64,000 bases of DNA from Candidatus Eiseniibacteriota bacterium (GCA_018831195.1 JAHJDP010000031.1:7151-71150), one strand, 5' to 3'. Counted from the first letter of the stretch, positions 18,070-28,904 are shown. Made by a program: numbers and translations. Notes: generated from the sequence alone by a model not told the origin.

Positions 18070-19290
18070 ATGGAAATATCTGTGCTGCAACAATATGATG
18101 TAAAACATCTTACACACATCATCCCCATCCGGGTGATGAGGGTGCGGGTCACCATCGGCATGTGCCTGCTTGTCATCCTCGCGTCCCTTCTTCCCCTACC
18201 CGTCTTCGCCGGCCCCTCCTGGAAGGTCCCGCGTGATTTCGTTTCCGCCTTCCTCATTGAGGCGGAAACGGGAAAAATCTTATTCGAATCGAATGCCTAT
18301 GCCTCGCGGGCGCCCGCCAGCACGACCAAACTGATGACGGCGCTCATCGTGATGGATGCGATCAAGGCGGGAAGGGTGGCGCTGACCGACTCGGTCACTA
18401 TATCCCGCCGGTCCCGGCGTATGGGCGGATCACAGGTCTATCTTACCGAGGGAGAGGTCTTCACTCTCGAAGAGCTGATGCAGGCTCTTATGATCGCATC
18501 GGCCAACGATGCCTCGGTGGCGATTGCGGAGTATGTCGGTGGCGGCTATGAGCATTTTGTCGAGATGATGAACCGCCGCGCCGATCAGATGGGCTTGAAA
18601 GAAACGATCTTTTACAATACCCACGGACTCGATGACCTCCCGTCGCAACGAAACTTGACCTGCGCCTATGATCTCGCCCAGATCGCGCGCGAGCTTGTGA
18701 AATATCCCAAGATCCTCGAATGGACCAGCACCCGCTCCGCGCCCTTTCGCAATAACCAATTCACGCTCAATGCCACAAACAAACTCCTGGGACGGATCGA
18801 AGGATTGGATGGATTGAAAACCGGCTTCACCTGGCGGGCCGGATTTTGCCTCGTGGGCACGGCGCAGCAGGATGGGATGCGTCTCATCTCCGTCATTTTG
18901 GGTTCGCAAACGAGCCGGGGCCGCTTCCTGTCGACCAAACATCTGATCGAGACAGGTTTCATGAGATTTGAGAAGGTTCTGCTGTGCCGTGAGGGCCAGT
19001 CGTTGGGACTGACCATTCCCATTTCAGGCGGTGACTCCGAACAATTGTCCCTTGTCGCCGGCCGCTCGGTCAGCATCATTCTTCCGAAGGAAGACAGATA
19101 CAGGATCCGGGAAACCTACAAGACGGTCAACGCGGCCGAAGCGCCGGTTCGAGAGGGAACACCCCTGGGATACCGGGAGGTTTGGGTGGGTGATCAGGTG
19201 TTGGCCCGGATTCCGGCTGTCGCCTCTCAATCGATATCCAGGGCGGGATTCTTCCGCCAGCTCTGGCGCGGGCTAGGACTTAGCCGCTAA
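18070..19290 (+). CDS. D-alanyl-D-alanine carboxypeptidase (PBP5/DacA family, S11 peptidase)
   Basis: SxxK (ASTTKLMT), SxN (SANDA), KTG (KTGFT) motifs; signal peptide; start uncertain (ORF track 17968; plausible starts 18070-18136). Confidence 0.8.
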   Translation: MEISVLQQYDVKHLTHIIPIRVMRVRVTIGMCLLVILASLLPLPVFAGPSWKVPRDFVSAFLIEAETGKILFESNAYASRAPASTTKLMTALIVMDAIKAGRVALTDSVTISRRSRRMGGSQVYLTEGEVFTLEELMQALMIASANDASVAIAEYVGGGYEHFVEMMNRRADQMGLKETIFYNTHGLDDLPSQRNLTCAYDLAQIARELVKYPKILEWTSTRSAPFRNNQFTLNATNKLLGRIEGLDGLKTGFTWRAGFCLVGTAQQDGMRLISVILGSQTSRGRFLSTKHLIETGFMRFEKVLLCREGQSLGLTIPISGGDSEQLSLVAGRSVSIILPKEDRYRIRETYKTVNAAEAPVREGTPLGYREVWVGDQVLARIPAVASQSISRAGFFRQLWRGLGLSR

Positions 19291-19336
19291 AACCCTCCAA
19301 CCCCTTGCGTCAAGAAGAAGTACCTGCCAAAGTTCA

Positions 19337-21076
19337 GTGAAGATTCAATGCCCGGCTTTGTCGGGGAATCCGGCGTTTTATCGAGCACATTCGAAGGGGT
19401 ATGACACCGTGAGTGCCATCCTGCTGGATCATGACCAGGTTCCAGGCCTCTCCGCCGAGGATGTCATCCTCGCGCAATGGGCCATTGAAGAAGCTCGTCG
19501 TTTGGGTGCGACCTATGCCGAGGCCCGCTGGGGATTATTGGAAACCCGCCGCATCCGCATCAAAGATCAACATGTCGCTCTTCTCGCCCACACCAATCAT
19601 CGCGGCCTCGGTCTCAGGGTATTGGTTGACGGCGCATGGGGATTTGTCTCCCACCCCCTGCAGCCCCCGACCGGGGAGACCCTCGTAACACCGGCCGGTG
19701 AGGATCTTCTGAGAGGTGAGATTCAGCCGGATGAGACCCATCCGCCCATCTCCGCGATCGATGATATCTTCGATGTCGATCTTTCCGCAAGAGGGCCGAT
19801 CCAGCCCCATACCGCCGCGTTCGCCTATGCCAGACTGAAAGGAACGATCATCAGCTTGGCGGAAGCTGCCGTCGCCATGGCGCGCGCCGCCGCCGCACAC
19901 AACCGCCGCCCGATTCAATTGGCCCCGGCCGCGCCTCAAAGCGGCGTCTGGCGCACTGATCGCGAGCGCGATCCCTTCGAAGTCCCCCTCGAAGAAATGG
20001 TCGAGTACCTGATGACCGCCGAGAAAGTGTCGCGGCAAGCTGAAAAAGATCTTGTTTCCACAGAGACATGGCTGACGGCCTGGCGGAAAGCCCATTGGCT
20101 TTGTACAAGCGAGGGAACTCTTATCCTTCAAGAGATTCTTGAGTGCGGCGGCGGTTTGAAATGCCTCGCTCATACCGATGGCGTGACCCAGGAGCGCACC
20201 TACCCCGGCTTGAGGGGATGCGATTGTGAAACCGGCGGGTATGAGAGGCTTCTTGCACACGAGCTTCAAAAAAACGCGCCCAGGGTCGCCGCGGAGGCGG
20301 TCGCTCTGACCACGGCGCCTCCCTGCCCATCTAAAGTCAGCGATCTTGTCATCGATGGATCGCTCGCCGCCATACAGATCCATGAGACGATCGGCCACGC
20401 GGTGGAGCTGGATCGCGTCTTTGGCAGCGAGGAAAGCCTGGCCGGCGGCAGTCATCTCACCCCCGACAAACTCGACTGGTTCCGCTTCGGCTCTGATCTG
20501 ATTAATGTCTCGGCCGATGCCACGGCCGCACTGGGCTTGGGGAGCTTCGGTTACGATGATGAGGGAACACCGGCCCAGCGGGTTCCCATCATAAAGAACG
20601 GCGTCTTCAGCGGGTATTTAACAAATCGCGAAACGGCCGGCAAATTGGGGATTTTAAGCGGCGGTGCCGCCAGGGCGCAGGACTGGAGCCATATGCCGTT
20701 AATTCGTATGACAAATGTCAACCTGGCGCCCGGCGGTTGGACTTTTGATAAACTCATCGAAGACACGGAAAATGGTTTTTATTTTGAGACCTCGAAGAAT
20801 CCCAGTATTGATCATCTTCGCTTGAACTTCTTCGTCGCCGCGGAGATGGCTTGGGAAATACGGGATGGCAAGAAGATCCGGATGTACAGGGATCCGGCCT
20901 ACGGAGGAATCTCGTATCAGCTCTGGCGCGCTTGCGATGCGATCACAGATTACCGCCATTGGCGGATATGGGGCATCCCCAACTGCGGGAAGGGAGATCC
21001 CAAACAGATCGGCCATGTCGGACATGGGGCTTCGCCCCTGAGAATGCGAAATGTCCGGATCGGATCGCGATCATGA
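19337..21076 (+). CDS. TldD-family metallopeptidase
   Basis: HETIGHAVELD (HExxxH), YDDEGTP, PmbA_TldD fold features; true start probably internal (GTG ~19409). Confidence 0.8.
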   Translation: MKIQCPALSGNPAFYRAHSKGYDTVSAILLDHDQVPGLSAEDVILAQWAIEEARRLGATYAEARWGLLETRRIRIKDQHVALLAHTNHRGLGLRVLVDGAWGFVSHPLQPPTGETLVTPAGEDLLRGEIQPDETHPPISAIDDIFDVDLSARGPIQPHTAAFAYARLKGTIISLAEAAVAMARAAAAHNRRPIQLAPAAPQSGVWRTDRERDPFEVPLEEMVEYLMTAEKVSRQAEKDLVSTETWLTAWRKAHWLCTSEGTLILQEILECGGGLKCLAHTDGVTQERTYPGLRGCDCETGGYERLLAHELQKNAPRVAAEAVALTTAPPCPSKVSDLVIDGSLAAIQIHETIGHAVELDRVFGSEESLAGGSHLTPDKLDWFRFGSDLINVSADATAALGLGSFGYDDEGTPAQRVPIIKNGVFSGYLTNRETAGKLGILSGGAARAQDWSHMPLIRMTNVNLAPGGWTFDKLIEDTENGFYFETSKNPSIDHLRLNFFVAAEMAWEIRDGKKIRMYRDPAYGGISYQLWRACDAITDYRHWRIWGIPNCGKGDPKQIGHVGHGASPLRMRNVRIGSRS

Positions 21077-22437
21077 GATGCATCTGGCCGACACCTGAAA
21101 TCGAAGACATCATCGTTGATGTTATGGATGACGCGGTGGAGCATGTCCCGGGAGACGGCTTGCATCTCCTTTTAGAAGCGACACGGGAGCGCGTTTTTAG
21201 ACTGGCTGATGGAGAGATCCACCAAACCGCAGACAGAAAAGACCTCCGTCTTATCGTGACGGCTATCGAAGGTAACCGGCAAGGGGTTGTCTCCACCGGA
21301 CTTCTCGTTCCCGACGAGATACACACCGCCATAGGCCGGGCGCGGCGGATCTGCAGTTTTCTTCCGCCCGATCCGCAATTCCCCGGTCTGCCGGGTCCGG
21401 TGAAGGCAGCGCAGGACGGCGGCGATCATCATGACCGGGAGACGGCCAATGCCACATCCGAGGAGCTGGCGCGTATCGCATCCGTCGGGCTTGAAACGGC
21501 GCGCGCCGAGGGCGCCATCGCGGCCGGAGCGCTGAGTGTGCGGGAGAATCTGTTCCTGGCTCGCGACAGCGAGGGGCTGGCTTCGCGCAGCATTTCTACA
21601 AAAGCTGATCTATCCCTTACCTGTTTCGCGGGATCGGGCGGCAAGCAGAGCTCGGGTTACTCAAATCGATTCGCCTGGAGACTATCCGATCTGAATCCCG
21701 AAGAAACGGCGATCAAGGCCGCGCGCAAAGCAAAATACGGCATTGTCCGCCGTTCTCTGAATCCGGGTTTTTATACGGCGATTCTCGGACCGACCGCGGT
21801 CGCGGATTTGGTCGGTATTCTGGCGCACATCGGATTCGGCGCAACAGAAGTGAACGAATACCGCAGTTTCGCCAGCGGGCGGTTGGGCGAAAAAGTTTTG
21901 GATGAAAAGTTCACTCTCCGGGATGACCCGCAGCATCCCCAGACCGCGGCGCCGGGAATCGACTATGAGGGTATTCCCACAAAACCCCTGACTTTTGTGG
22001 AGAGGGGTGTGCTGAAAGACATCGCCACGAATCACCGCACGGCCCATCTCGGCAATAAACCATCCAATGGGCGGGGCGCCGATCCTTTATCAAGGTGGAC
22101 CGATATCTTGATGAATCATCTTGTCATGGAGCCGGGCGCCACATCGCGCGAAAAGATGATACGTTCGGTTCATAGGGGCATCCTGATCAACCGCCTCTGG
22201 TACGCCAGAGTTGTACAACCGCGCGAAACGCGGATCACGGCGCTGACACGGAACGGACTGCTGACGATCGACGGAGGAGAAATCACGGGCGCGGCCGGCA
22301 ACTTCAGGACAAACCTATCGCTCGTGGAACTCCTCTCGCATCTCAAGGCCGTATCCGACACAACAGTGCCGACCCATGGCGTTGTTGCGCCGACTCTTCT
22401 TGTTGAAGGATTCCCACTGACCAGTCCCAGCGCTTAG
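21073..22437 (+). CDS. TldE/PmbA-family peptidase partner
   Basis: ATGA overlap with tldD stop; TldD/PmbA family similarity without HExxxH. Confidence 0.7.
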   Translation: MRCIWPTPEIEDIIVDVMDDAVEHVPGDGLHLLLEATRERVFRLADGEIHQTADRKDLRLIVTAIEGNRQGVVSTGLLVPDEIHTAIGRARRICSFLPPDPQFPGLPGPVKAAQDGGDHHDRETANATSEELARIASVGLETARAEGAIAAGALSVRENLFLARDSEGLASRSISTKADLSLTCFAGSGGKQSSGYSNRFAWRLSDLNPEETAIKAARKAKYGIVRRSLNPGFYTAILGPTAVADLVGILAHIGFGATEVNEYRSFASGRLGEKVLDEKFTLRDDPQHPQTAAPGIDYEGIPTKPLTFVERGVLKDIATNHRTAHLGNKPSNGRGADPLSRWTDILMNHLVMEPGATSREKMIRSVHRGILINRLWYARVVQPRETRITALTRNGLLTIDGGEITGAAGNFRTNLSLVELLSHLKAVSDTTVPTHGVVAPTLLVEGFPLTSPSA

Positions 22438-22461
22438 GTGGAGCAGGGAGGTATTCTTTAG

Positions 22462-25029
22462 ATGTCATTCAGATTCTGGGTGCCGATCTTTACGGCGGTT
22501 TTTTCAATTTTCGCCGTATCGTTCATACCCGGTTCCGCCCACGCCGTCTCCAAGCGCCCGCTGGCCGTTCATGACGTCGTGATGATGGCCACTCCTCAGC
22601 AGGCCGACTTCAGTCCGGATGGCGATTGGATCGCCTATGTCCTGCGCACCGCCGACCTGGATAAGAACCAGATGCGGCGGCAAATTTATCTTGCCTCGCG
22701 CCGCGGCGGCAAGCCGCGCGCTGTCACCCGCGGGAATGAATCGGCTCAGCGTCCCGACTGGTCACCGAATGGCAGCTATCTCGCTTTCCTCAGGAAACCT
22801 GATGCACCCGGCGCGAAGGAAACAGATGACGAACAGCTCTGGCTCTTGCCAATGGGCGGTGGAGAGCCCTTCCCTTTGACGAACCTCGGCGGTGGTATTT
22901 TAGACTATGCCTGGACACCGGATGGACGGTCGATCCTCGTCCTGACCCCCGAGGATCAGGCGGCCGGAATGAAGGAATATGCCGGGAATCGGGAGGAGAA
23001 AGGTTATGACGCTGACGCGAAGGACAAAAATATTCCTCGGAAGATCCTTTGGCGTTATCCCGTTCCCGAGGGAGATCCCAAGCTTCTCTTCCGCGGTGAT
23101 CGCGGGATGGAGGAATTCGAGCTAAGCCCCGACGGGCAATGGGTCGCCTATTTGTCAAACCTCACCGGTGTTCTCGCGGATGAGAACGAGACGGAAATTT
23201 ATCTCCTGGGGCTCAACGAAGAACGCATCCGCCGGCTCACACATCGCTACGGCGCCGAAGGCAACATTCATTGGACTCACGATGGAGAGGGTGTCATTTG
23301 CACCGCCGTGAAGACCGACTCGCTCATGTTTTCCCAGATGGAAGTGTATGTCCTTCCCGTGGGCAGCCGGCGCCTGGACAATCGAGATCATGTTCCTTTC
23401 TCGCGGTGGATCCCCTGGACAAATCTCCTCGATCGCGAGGTCGACGCTTTTCTATGGCCCGCCAAGAGCGGCGCCGGCTTTGTCATCGCGCAGGATCATT
23501 TTTCCGCGCGGCTGGCGACACTCGACGGCGAGGGTACGGCGCGCTGGCTGACCGATCCGCGTAAAGTTATACAATATGGCGCCGTCTCAGACGACGGGAA
23601 ATATCTTGCCCTCACCATCGAGACGCCTGAATCGCCCGCGCAACTTGTTCTCGTAAACTACGAAGGGCGGATTGCGCGGGTGCTGGATGAACCGAACAAA
23701 GACCGCTTTAAAGATATTCAACCGGCGTGGCAGAGCGTTTATAGCTGGAACAGTTTCGACGGCCAGGAAATCGAGGGCCTGCTCATTCAACCCTGGTGGA
23801 CCGAGGTTCTTCCGCCCTATCCGCTGATTGTAGATATCCACGGCGGTCCGTCTTGGCATGTGACGCATGAGCTAAGCCAGACGATTCAGACCTGGGCCGG
23901 CGAAGGGTATCTGGTGCTGGCGCCCAATTACAGGGGAAGCACAGGGTATGGAAATGAATTCTCCATTTCAAACGTGCGCGATCTCGGCGGCGGCGATTAT
24001 CGGGATATCATGGCCGGTGTGGATCAGTTGATTGCGGACGGCATCGCCGATCCCTACCGAATCGCCATTATGGGCGGGTCGTATGGCGGCTACATGGCGA
24101 ATTGGGCTATTACACAATCGAGCCGGTTCGCCGCGGCGGTATCTGAGTACGGCATTTTCAGCCTGATCACTGACTTCTCGATGAGCGATTATCCCATGTG
24201 GGAGAAATCATATCTCCGAAAATATTATTGGGATGATCTCGGCGCCTACCTGCAAATGTCGCCGGTTTTCCACGCCGAAAATGTCACAACCCCCGTATTG
24301 ATCATGCATGGCGAAGCAGACAATAACACCTTCATCTCCAACTCGATGGAAATGTATAGGATGCTTCGAACGCTCGGCAAGACCGTCGAGTTCCATCAAT
24401 TCCCTCGTGAAGGGCACGGCTTTGCCGAACCGGCGCACAAACTCGAGGAAATGCGCCTCGCCCGCTCTTGGTTCGACCGTTTCGTGACGCATGGAGCCAT
24501 CTGGCCCCCTGAATACAACGAGCTTCGAAAAACACCGCGCGAGCATCTTCCGCCGTTTCTCGCCGATCAGATCCGGTCAATCGATGATCTCCCCCGCCTC
24601 TACCGGCCGGGCGATACGCTGAGCGTCAATCGCGGGACCCCATTACAAGCGATCGTGGGTGAGATCAGCACACCGAGCAGCTACGGCGATGAGAGGCCGG
24701 GTGGACGTTTTGTAGAAGTAGAGATACTTCTCTCCCATCAAGGCTGGGGGATGCGTTCGTATCCGCTGCAAATGAATGATGTCGTGATGCTGGGGCCCTC
24801 CGGCCGGAATCATCCTCCGGCGGGAATCCCCTTTTCCGCTCATGGCCAGACAACATTAATCCACGGCGAAAATCTCATGGTGCGCCTATCACCCGAACCG
24901 ACGGGAATAGGTCAATGGCAGCCGGTTCGCGTCACCTTCGATATTCCAAGAGATCTACATCATGTGCCCCTCGTGATCGGTCCCTTCCCACCGGTTCTGA
25001 TCAATGTGGGTGAATCAGTGGCTAATTAA
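22462..25029 (+). CDS. S9-family serine peptidase (prolyl oligopeptidase/acylaminoacyl peptidase type) with N-terminal beta-propeller and ~170-aa extra C-terminal domain
   Basis: Signal peptide; WSPDG propeller repeats; catalytic triad context GGSYGGYM (Ser), HGEADNN (Asp), EGHGF (His); ORF continues ~170 aa past the His. Confidence 0.85.
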   Translation: MSFRFWVPIFTAVFSIFAVSFIPGSAHAVSKRPLAVHDVVMMATPQQADFSPDGDWIAYVLRTADLDKNQMRRQIYLASRRGGKPRAVTRGNESAQRPDWSPNGSYLAFLRKPDAPGAKETDDEQLWLLPMGGGEPFPLTNLGGGILDYAWTPDGRSILVLTPEDQAAGMKEYAGNREEKGYDADAKDKNIPRKILWRYPVPEGDPKLLFRGDRGMEEFELSPDGQWVAYLSNLTGVLADENETEIYLLGLNEERIRRLTHRYGAEGNIHWTHDGEGVICTAVKTDSLMFSQMEVYVLPVGSRRLDNRDHVPFSRWIPWTNLLDREVDAFLWPAKSGAGFVIAQDHFSARLATLDGEGTARWLTDPRKVIQYGAVSDDGKYLALTIETPESPAQLVLVNYEGRIARVLDEPNKDRFKDIQPAWQSVYSWNSFDGQEIEGLLIQPWWTEVLPPYPLIVDIHGGPSWHVTHELSQTIQTWAGEGYLVLAPNYRGSTGYGNEFSISNVRDLGGGDYRDIMAGVDQLIADGIADPYRIAIMGGSYGGYMANWAITQSSRFAAAVSEYGIFSLITDFSMSDYPMWEKSYLRKYYWDDLGAYLQMSPVFHAENVTTPVLIMHGEADNNTFISNSMEMYRMLRTLGKTVEFHQFPREGHGFAEPAHKLEEMRLARSWFDRFVTHGAIWPPEYNELRKTPREHLPPFLADQIRSIDDLPRLYRPGDTLSVNRGTPLQAIVGEISTPSSYGDERPGGRFVEVEILLSHQGWGMRSYPLQMNDVVMLGPSGRNHPPAGIPFSAHGQTTLIHGENLMVRLSPEPTGIGQWQPVRVTFDIPRDLHHVPLVIGPFPPVLINVGESVAN

Positions 25030-25050
25030 CAACATGGAAGGCGGATTAAC

Positions 25051-26688
25051 GTGCCGAACCCGGAAATCTTCACTCGGGAAGAACGCCGGCTGTTGGAGCC
25101 CTACTTCACAAATCTCGACGAACGGGTCTTTGCTTTAACAAATCTGCCCGAGGTGGTCAAAGGCGCCCTCTTCGCACGCTACTCCCGATCACCGAAATCC
25201 CTCCGCCGCCTTTTTCTTGATGAATTCATTGATACCGATCACGGCGCCGCGTTCGATACCGGCGCCGGCCTCCGCCGCGCCCGGGAACTGTACGACCGCG
25301 TCTTTATCGAGTTCGGGGATGATTCGGTCGCTCAACTCGGCGGCGCGCATCTCGCCGTCGAGGGCGCATCGAATATCCTCACCAAGATTCTCGAGCGCGG
25401 CCGCCTCATGTCTTACCTTGAACAATCAACCCGCTATATCCCCTTCACCAGCAGGCTGGACGGACGCTGGCGTTATTGCATTCCGCCGGAACTCGAGAAT
25501 CATCCCGCGCGGAAGGTCTATATCGAAGTGTTGGATGAGATCTTCGAGACTTATACAGAGTGGGTAAAGCCTTTGCAGGAGCTTCTTTCAACCCGGTTTC
25601 CGCAGGGAACGGAATCGGTTGCGGTCCATCATCGAACACTTCAAGCAAAGGCATTGGATATTCTGAGGGGATTGTTGCCGGCGGCGACAACGTCCAATTT
25701 GGGACTCTTCGGCTCCGGGCAGGCCTTTGAATCCCTTCTATTGCGAATGCGGGCTCATCCATCAGCGGAAGCGAGAGAAACAGCACGCTTAATGCTCCAT
25801 GAATTACGAAAGGTGATTCCAGAGTTTCTTAAACGCGTGGACCAGGAAGAGCGGGGTGTTGTATGGAGCCGCTATCTATCGGAAACCAGGGAAGAAACAG
25901 AACGGATGGCGTCTGAGTTTTTTGGAGAGGATTCCCCGTTATCGAAGGAGGAAAAGGGACCTGCGGAAAAATCGCAGACGGTGCAGCTGACCGATTTTGA
26001 TCCTGAGGGTGAAATCAAAGTCATCGCCGCGGCGCTTTACTCCACTTCAAATCTGCCGGATGGGGAATTGCTGGCGCGCGTGCGCCGGATGCCTCACGAA
26101 GACCGAGTGCGGGTTCTCAAGGCCTATGTCGGATCCCGTCGCAATCGGCGGCACAGGCCGGGGCGCGCCTTTGAGCGCACATCGTATCGCTTCGATATCC
26201 TCTCCGATTACGGCGCTTTCCGCGATCTGCAACGCCATCGGATCCTCAGCATTGAATGGCAGCAGCTGACGACCCATCATGGTTATCATTTTCCGCAGGA
26301 ATTGGAAGCCTCCCCACTGGGCGACCGCTGGCATCAGATCATGACCCGCTCTTCGGAGCTGTTCCATCGATTGGCGGTTGAGGGTTTGGAGCGTGTCGCT
26401 TCGTATGCCGTCTGCATGGCTTACCGTATCCGCTACTACATGGAAATGAACGCCCGTGAGGCAATGCATCTGATCGAATTGCGGACGGCCCCGCAGGGAC
26501 ACACCTCCTATCGCCTTATCGGGCAGGAGATGCACCGATTAATCGCTGAGACGGCCGGTCATCGAGCGATCGCCGAGGCGATCTCTTTCGCCGATCACAC
26601 ATCCGGTGAAGAAGGTCGTTTGAGCGCGGAGATGTCATTGGAAACGCGTCGGACGGATCATGGAAGCATATTGAGGCTCGAAGAATAG
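25051..26688 (+). CDS. ThyX-like (Thy1 family, FAD-dependent thymidylate synthase fold) protein with tandem duplicated domain
   Basis: GTG start with RBS GGAAGG; first half carries RGRLMSYLEQSTRY (matches ThyX RHRxxSxxEQSxRY except H->G), second half carries QRHRILSIEWQQ (RHRxxS but lacking ExSxRY). Confidence 0.5.
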   Translation: MPNPEIFTREERRLLEPYFTNLDERVFALTNLPEVVKGALFARYSRSPKSLRRLFLDEFIDTDHGAAFDTGAGLRRARELYDRVFIEFGDDSVAQLGGAHLAVEGASNILTKILERGRLMSYLEQSTRYIPFTSRLDGRWRYCIPPELENHPARKVYIEVLDEIFETYTEWVKPLQELLSTRFPQGTESVAVHHRTLQAKALDILRGLLPAATTSNLGLFGSGQAFESLLLRMRAHPSAEARETARLMLHELRKVIPEFLKRVDQEERGVVWSRYLSETREETERMASEFFGEDSPLSKEEKGPAEKSQTVQLTDFDPEGEIKVIAAALYSTSNLPDGELLARVRRMPHEDRVRVLKAYVGSRRNRRHRPGRAFERTSYRFDILSDYGAFRDLQRHRILSIEWQQLTTHHGYHFPQELEASPLGDRWHQIMTRSSELFHRLAVEGLERVASYAVCMAYRIRYYMEMNAREAMHLIELRTAPQGHTSYRLIGQEMHRLIAETAGHRAIAEAISFADHTSGEEGRLSAEMSLETRRTDHGSILRLEE

Positions 26689-26782
26689 CGCCGCGGCGCC
26701 GGATAGAGAAACGCCCTGCCGGGACAAGAAACTCCGGATGAACAGATGCATCTTGCCGGCCGGGCGCCCCTTTTCAATCCGC

Positions 26783-28642
26783 CTACGCCGTTGTGTTTAT
26801 CTTATGCGAAGCCACCTTGAATTGACTGAGCAATTTCTGCAGTTCAGATGCCATCTCCGTCAATTTCTCGGAGTTGGCCCGTGTCTCCACCGCACCCGCC
26901 GCTGCATCGCCCGCCGAGTTGTTGACACCTTGAATGTTTGAGGAGATTTCATTGGCGCCTTGCGCGGCTTGACTTGCATTATTGGCAATCTCACCGGCTG
27001 CCGTCGAGGCGCCGCTAATGTTACTGGCAATCTCATTTATCGTCGCGGATTGCTCTTCAACAGCGCTGGCAATGGTTTGTGTGATTGAATTGACTTCCGT
27101 AATGACGTCGGAAATCTCCTTTATCGCTTCGACCGCATTGCCGGTGTTTGATTGCATCTCCTGAATCTGCCGCCCGATTTCTTCGGTCGCCACGGCGGTC
27201 TGCTTCGCTAATTCCTTGACTTCATTGGCGACAACGGCAAATCCCTTGCCGGCCTCCCCGGCCGAGGCCGCCTCGATGGTGGCATTCAGAGCCAGGAGAT
27301 TTGTCTGATCGGCGATATCGCTGATTGCATCGAGCACTTTGCCGATTTCTGCGGAGGAGCTGTTCAAGCGTTCCATTGTTTCCCTTGTTTGTTTTGTTTT
27401 GGAATCGGCCGATATCGCAATAGACGCCGCCTGCCCACAGTTCCCCGCCACTTCGCTCAATGATGAACTCATCTCCTCAATCGAGGAGGCCACGGTATTT
27501 ACCGAAGTGGACATTTCATTAGCGCCGGAAGCCATGTTCACAATATTTGTCGAAAGTTGCTCTGTCGCCGCTGCAACATTGCTTGCCTGGCCTCGCATAA
27601 CTTCGGAGCTCGACGCCAAGTTGTTGGATGTCACGGTCATTTCTTCAACCGAGTCCAGCACAGTGCGAGTGTGCTCCAGGACTTGAGAGATAACGGTTTG
27701 GATCTTTTCCGCAAAGATATTGAACTGACCGGCCATCCGGCCGATTTCATTGTCAACCGAATCATCCAATCGGGCGGTTAGATCGCCATCCCCCATTGCA
27801 ATTTCCTGCATCGCGCGGCCCGCCGCACAAATCGGCTTTATAATAATGGCGCTTAGCATAAGGGATGAGGCAACAAGCGCGATTGTCACGAGAAGCAGGA
27901 TTCCCTGAATCTTGAACTGGAGATCCCGCGCTTCCTTTCGGATGGCGGTACCTTGAGCTTGCACTTCGGCGTCGATGAAGTCGATATACTCACCGGTGCC
28001 AAAAACCCAATTCTTCTGCGGATATAGTTTCACATAAGAGAGTTTCGCGTATCCTTCGTCTGTTGTTCCGCCGCCCGATTTTGGTTTGGGCCAGTAATAG
28101 GTGACCGTTCCCGCGCCCTTTGCTTTCACAACGGCATTCATATCGACAAAGAGGTTCGTCTCTTTGATATGCGACACCTCTGCCGCGTTTTTGTTGAAGA
28201 TCCTTCCATCATGAGCGATTTTCTCGAATTTCTTCTTATCTCTGAAATCGGAGATGTCGGTGCCATCGAGTTTTGGAACCGTTGGGTGCATGACCATTTT
28301 CGGTTTCGTGGGATCTACGGGATCATACGAGTGAATCCATATATAGGCGGATCCATACTGCAGATTTTTCACGAGATTCAGACACTCCGCTTCGGACCCT
28401 CCCGCCATCTCACACTTCGTTACGGCGGCAATCGCCAGATCAACCTGCGCACTCAATCTTGAGGCAACCGCCTCTTCATATTGCGCCCGCAACCCCTGCA
28501 ATCTACCATCCGTCTTACTTTCCATACCGGTCATGATAACAATCTGGACGACGGTCATTCCCAAAATGACAGGGACAACGACCCCGATAAGCATCTTTGC
28601 ACGAATACTGGAAAACAGCTTCCCGGAAAGGATGGCAGGCAT
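26783..28642 (-). CDS. Methyl-accepting chemotaxis protein (Cache-type periplasmic sensor, HAMP, MCP signalling domain)
   Basis: RBS AAGGAG; TM-sensor-TM-HAMP; highly conserved MCP hairpin ...[41 protein letters not shown]... Confidence 0.9.
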   Translation of the reverse strand: MPAILSGKLFSSIRAKMLIGVVVPVILGMTVVQIVIMTGMESKTDGRLQGLRAQYEEAVASRLSAQVDLAIAAVTKCEMAGGSEAECLNLVKNLQYGSAYIWIHSYDPVDPTKPKMVMHPTVPKLDGTDISDFRDKKKFEKIAHDGRIFNKNAAEVSHIKETNLFVDMNAVVKAKGAGTVTYYWPKPKSGGGTTDEGYAKLSYVKLYPQKNWVFGTGEYIDFIDAEVQAQGTAIRKEARDLQFKIQGILLLVTIALVASSLMLSAIIIKPICAAGRAMQEIAMGDGDLTARLDDSVDNEIGRMAGQFNIFAEKIQTVISQVLEHTRTVLDSVEEMTVTSNNLASSSEVMRGQASNVAAATEQLSTNIVNMASGANEMSTSVNTVASSIEEMSSSLSEVAGNCGQAASIAISADSKTKQTRETMERLNSSSAEIGKVLDAISDIADQTNLLALNATIEAASAGEAGKGFAVVANEVKELAKQTAVATEEIGRQIQEMQSNTGNAVEAIKEISDVITEVNSITQTIASAVEEQSATINEIASNISGASTAAGEIANNASQAAQGANEISSNIQGVNNSAGDAAAGAVETRANSEKLTEMASELQKLLSQFKVASHKINTTA

Positions 28643-28680
28643 GGCGCAACTCCTTATTTTTAAACTCCTTGCACGGTTCT

Positions 28681-28694
28681 TGTCGCCGGCGACA
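28681..28694. promoter_or_regulatory. 14-bp perfect palindrome TGTCGCCGGCGACA in the divergent MCP / MocA intergenic region
   Basis: Seen directly, ~40 nt upstream of MCP start. Confidence 0.3.
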
Positions 28695-28904
28695 GACAGG
28701 CCGGTGTCCACATCGGAGTTAAAACAGTGATGTTCATTAAATCGGTGACGCGGGAGGGGATCTGTAATTTTCGTTGCGGGTGTGGGCCGGAGAGAAACTA
28801 TCTCTATATCGCCCTTTCAGACCCCCTTGGGCCCCCTTGGAAGACTGGGATTTCGACCCAAATTCGTGTGGATCCCCAATCCCCTGAGGCCCTACGATCA
28901 GGAT

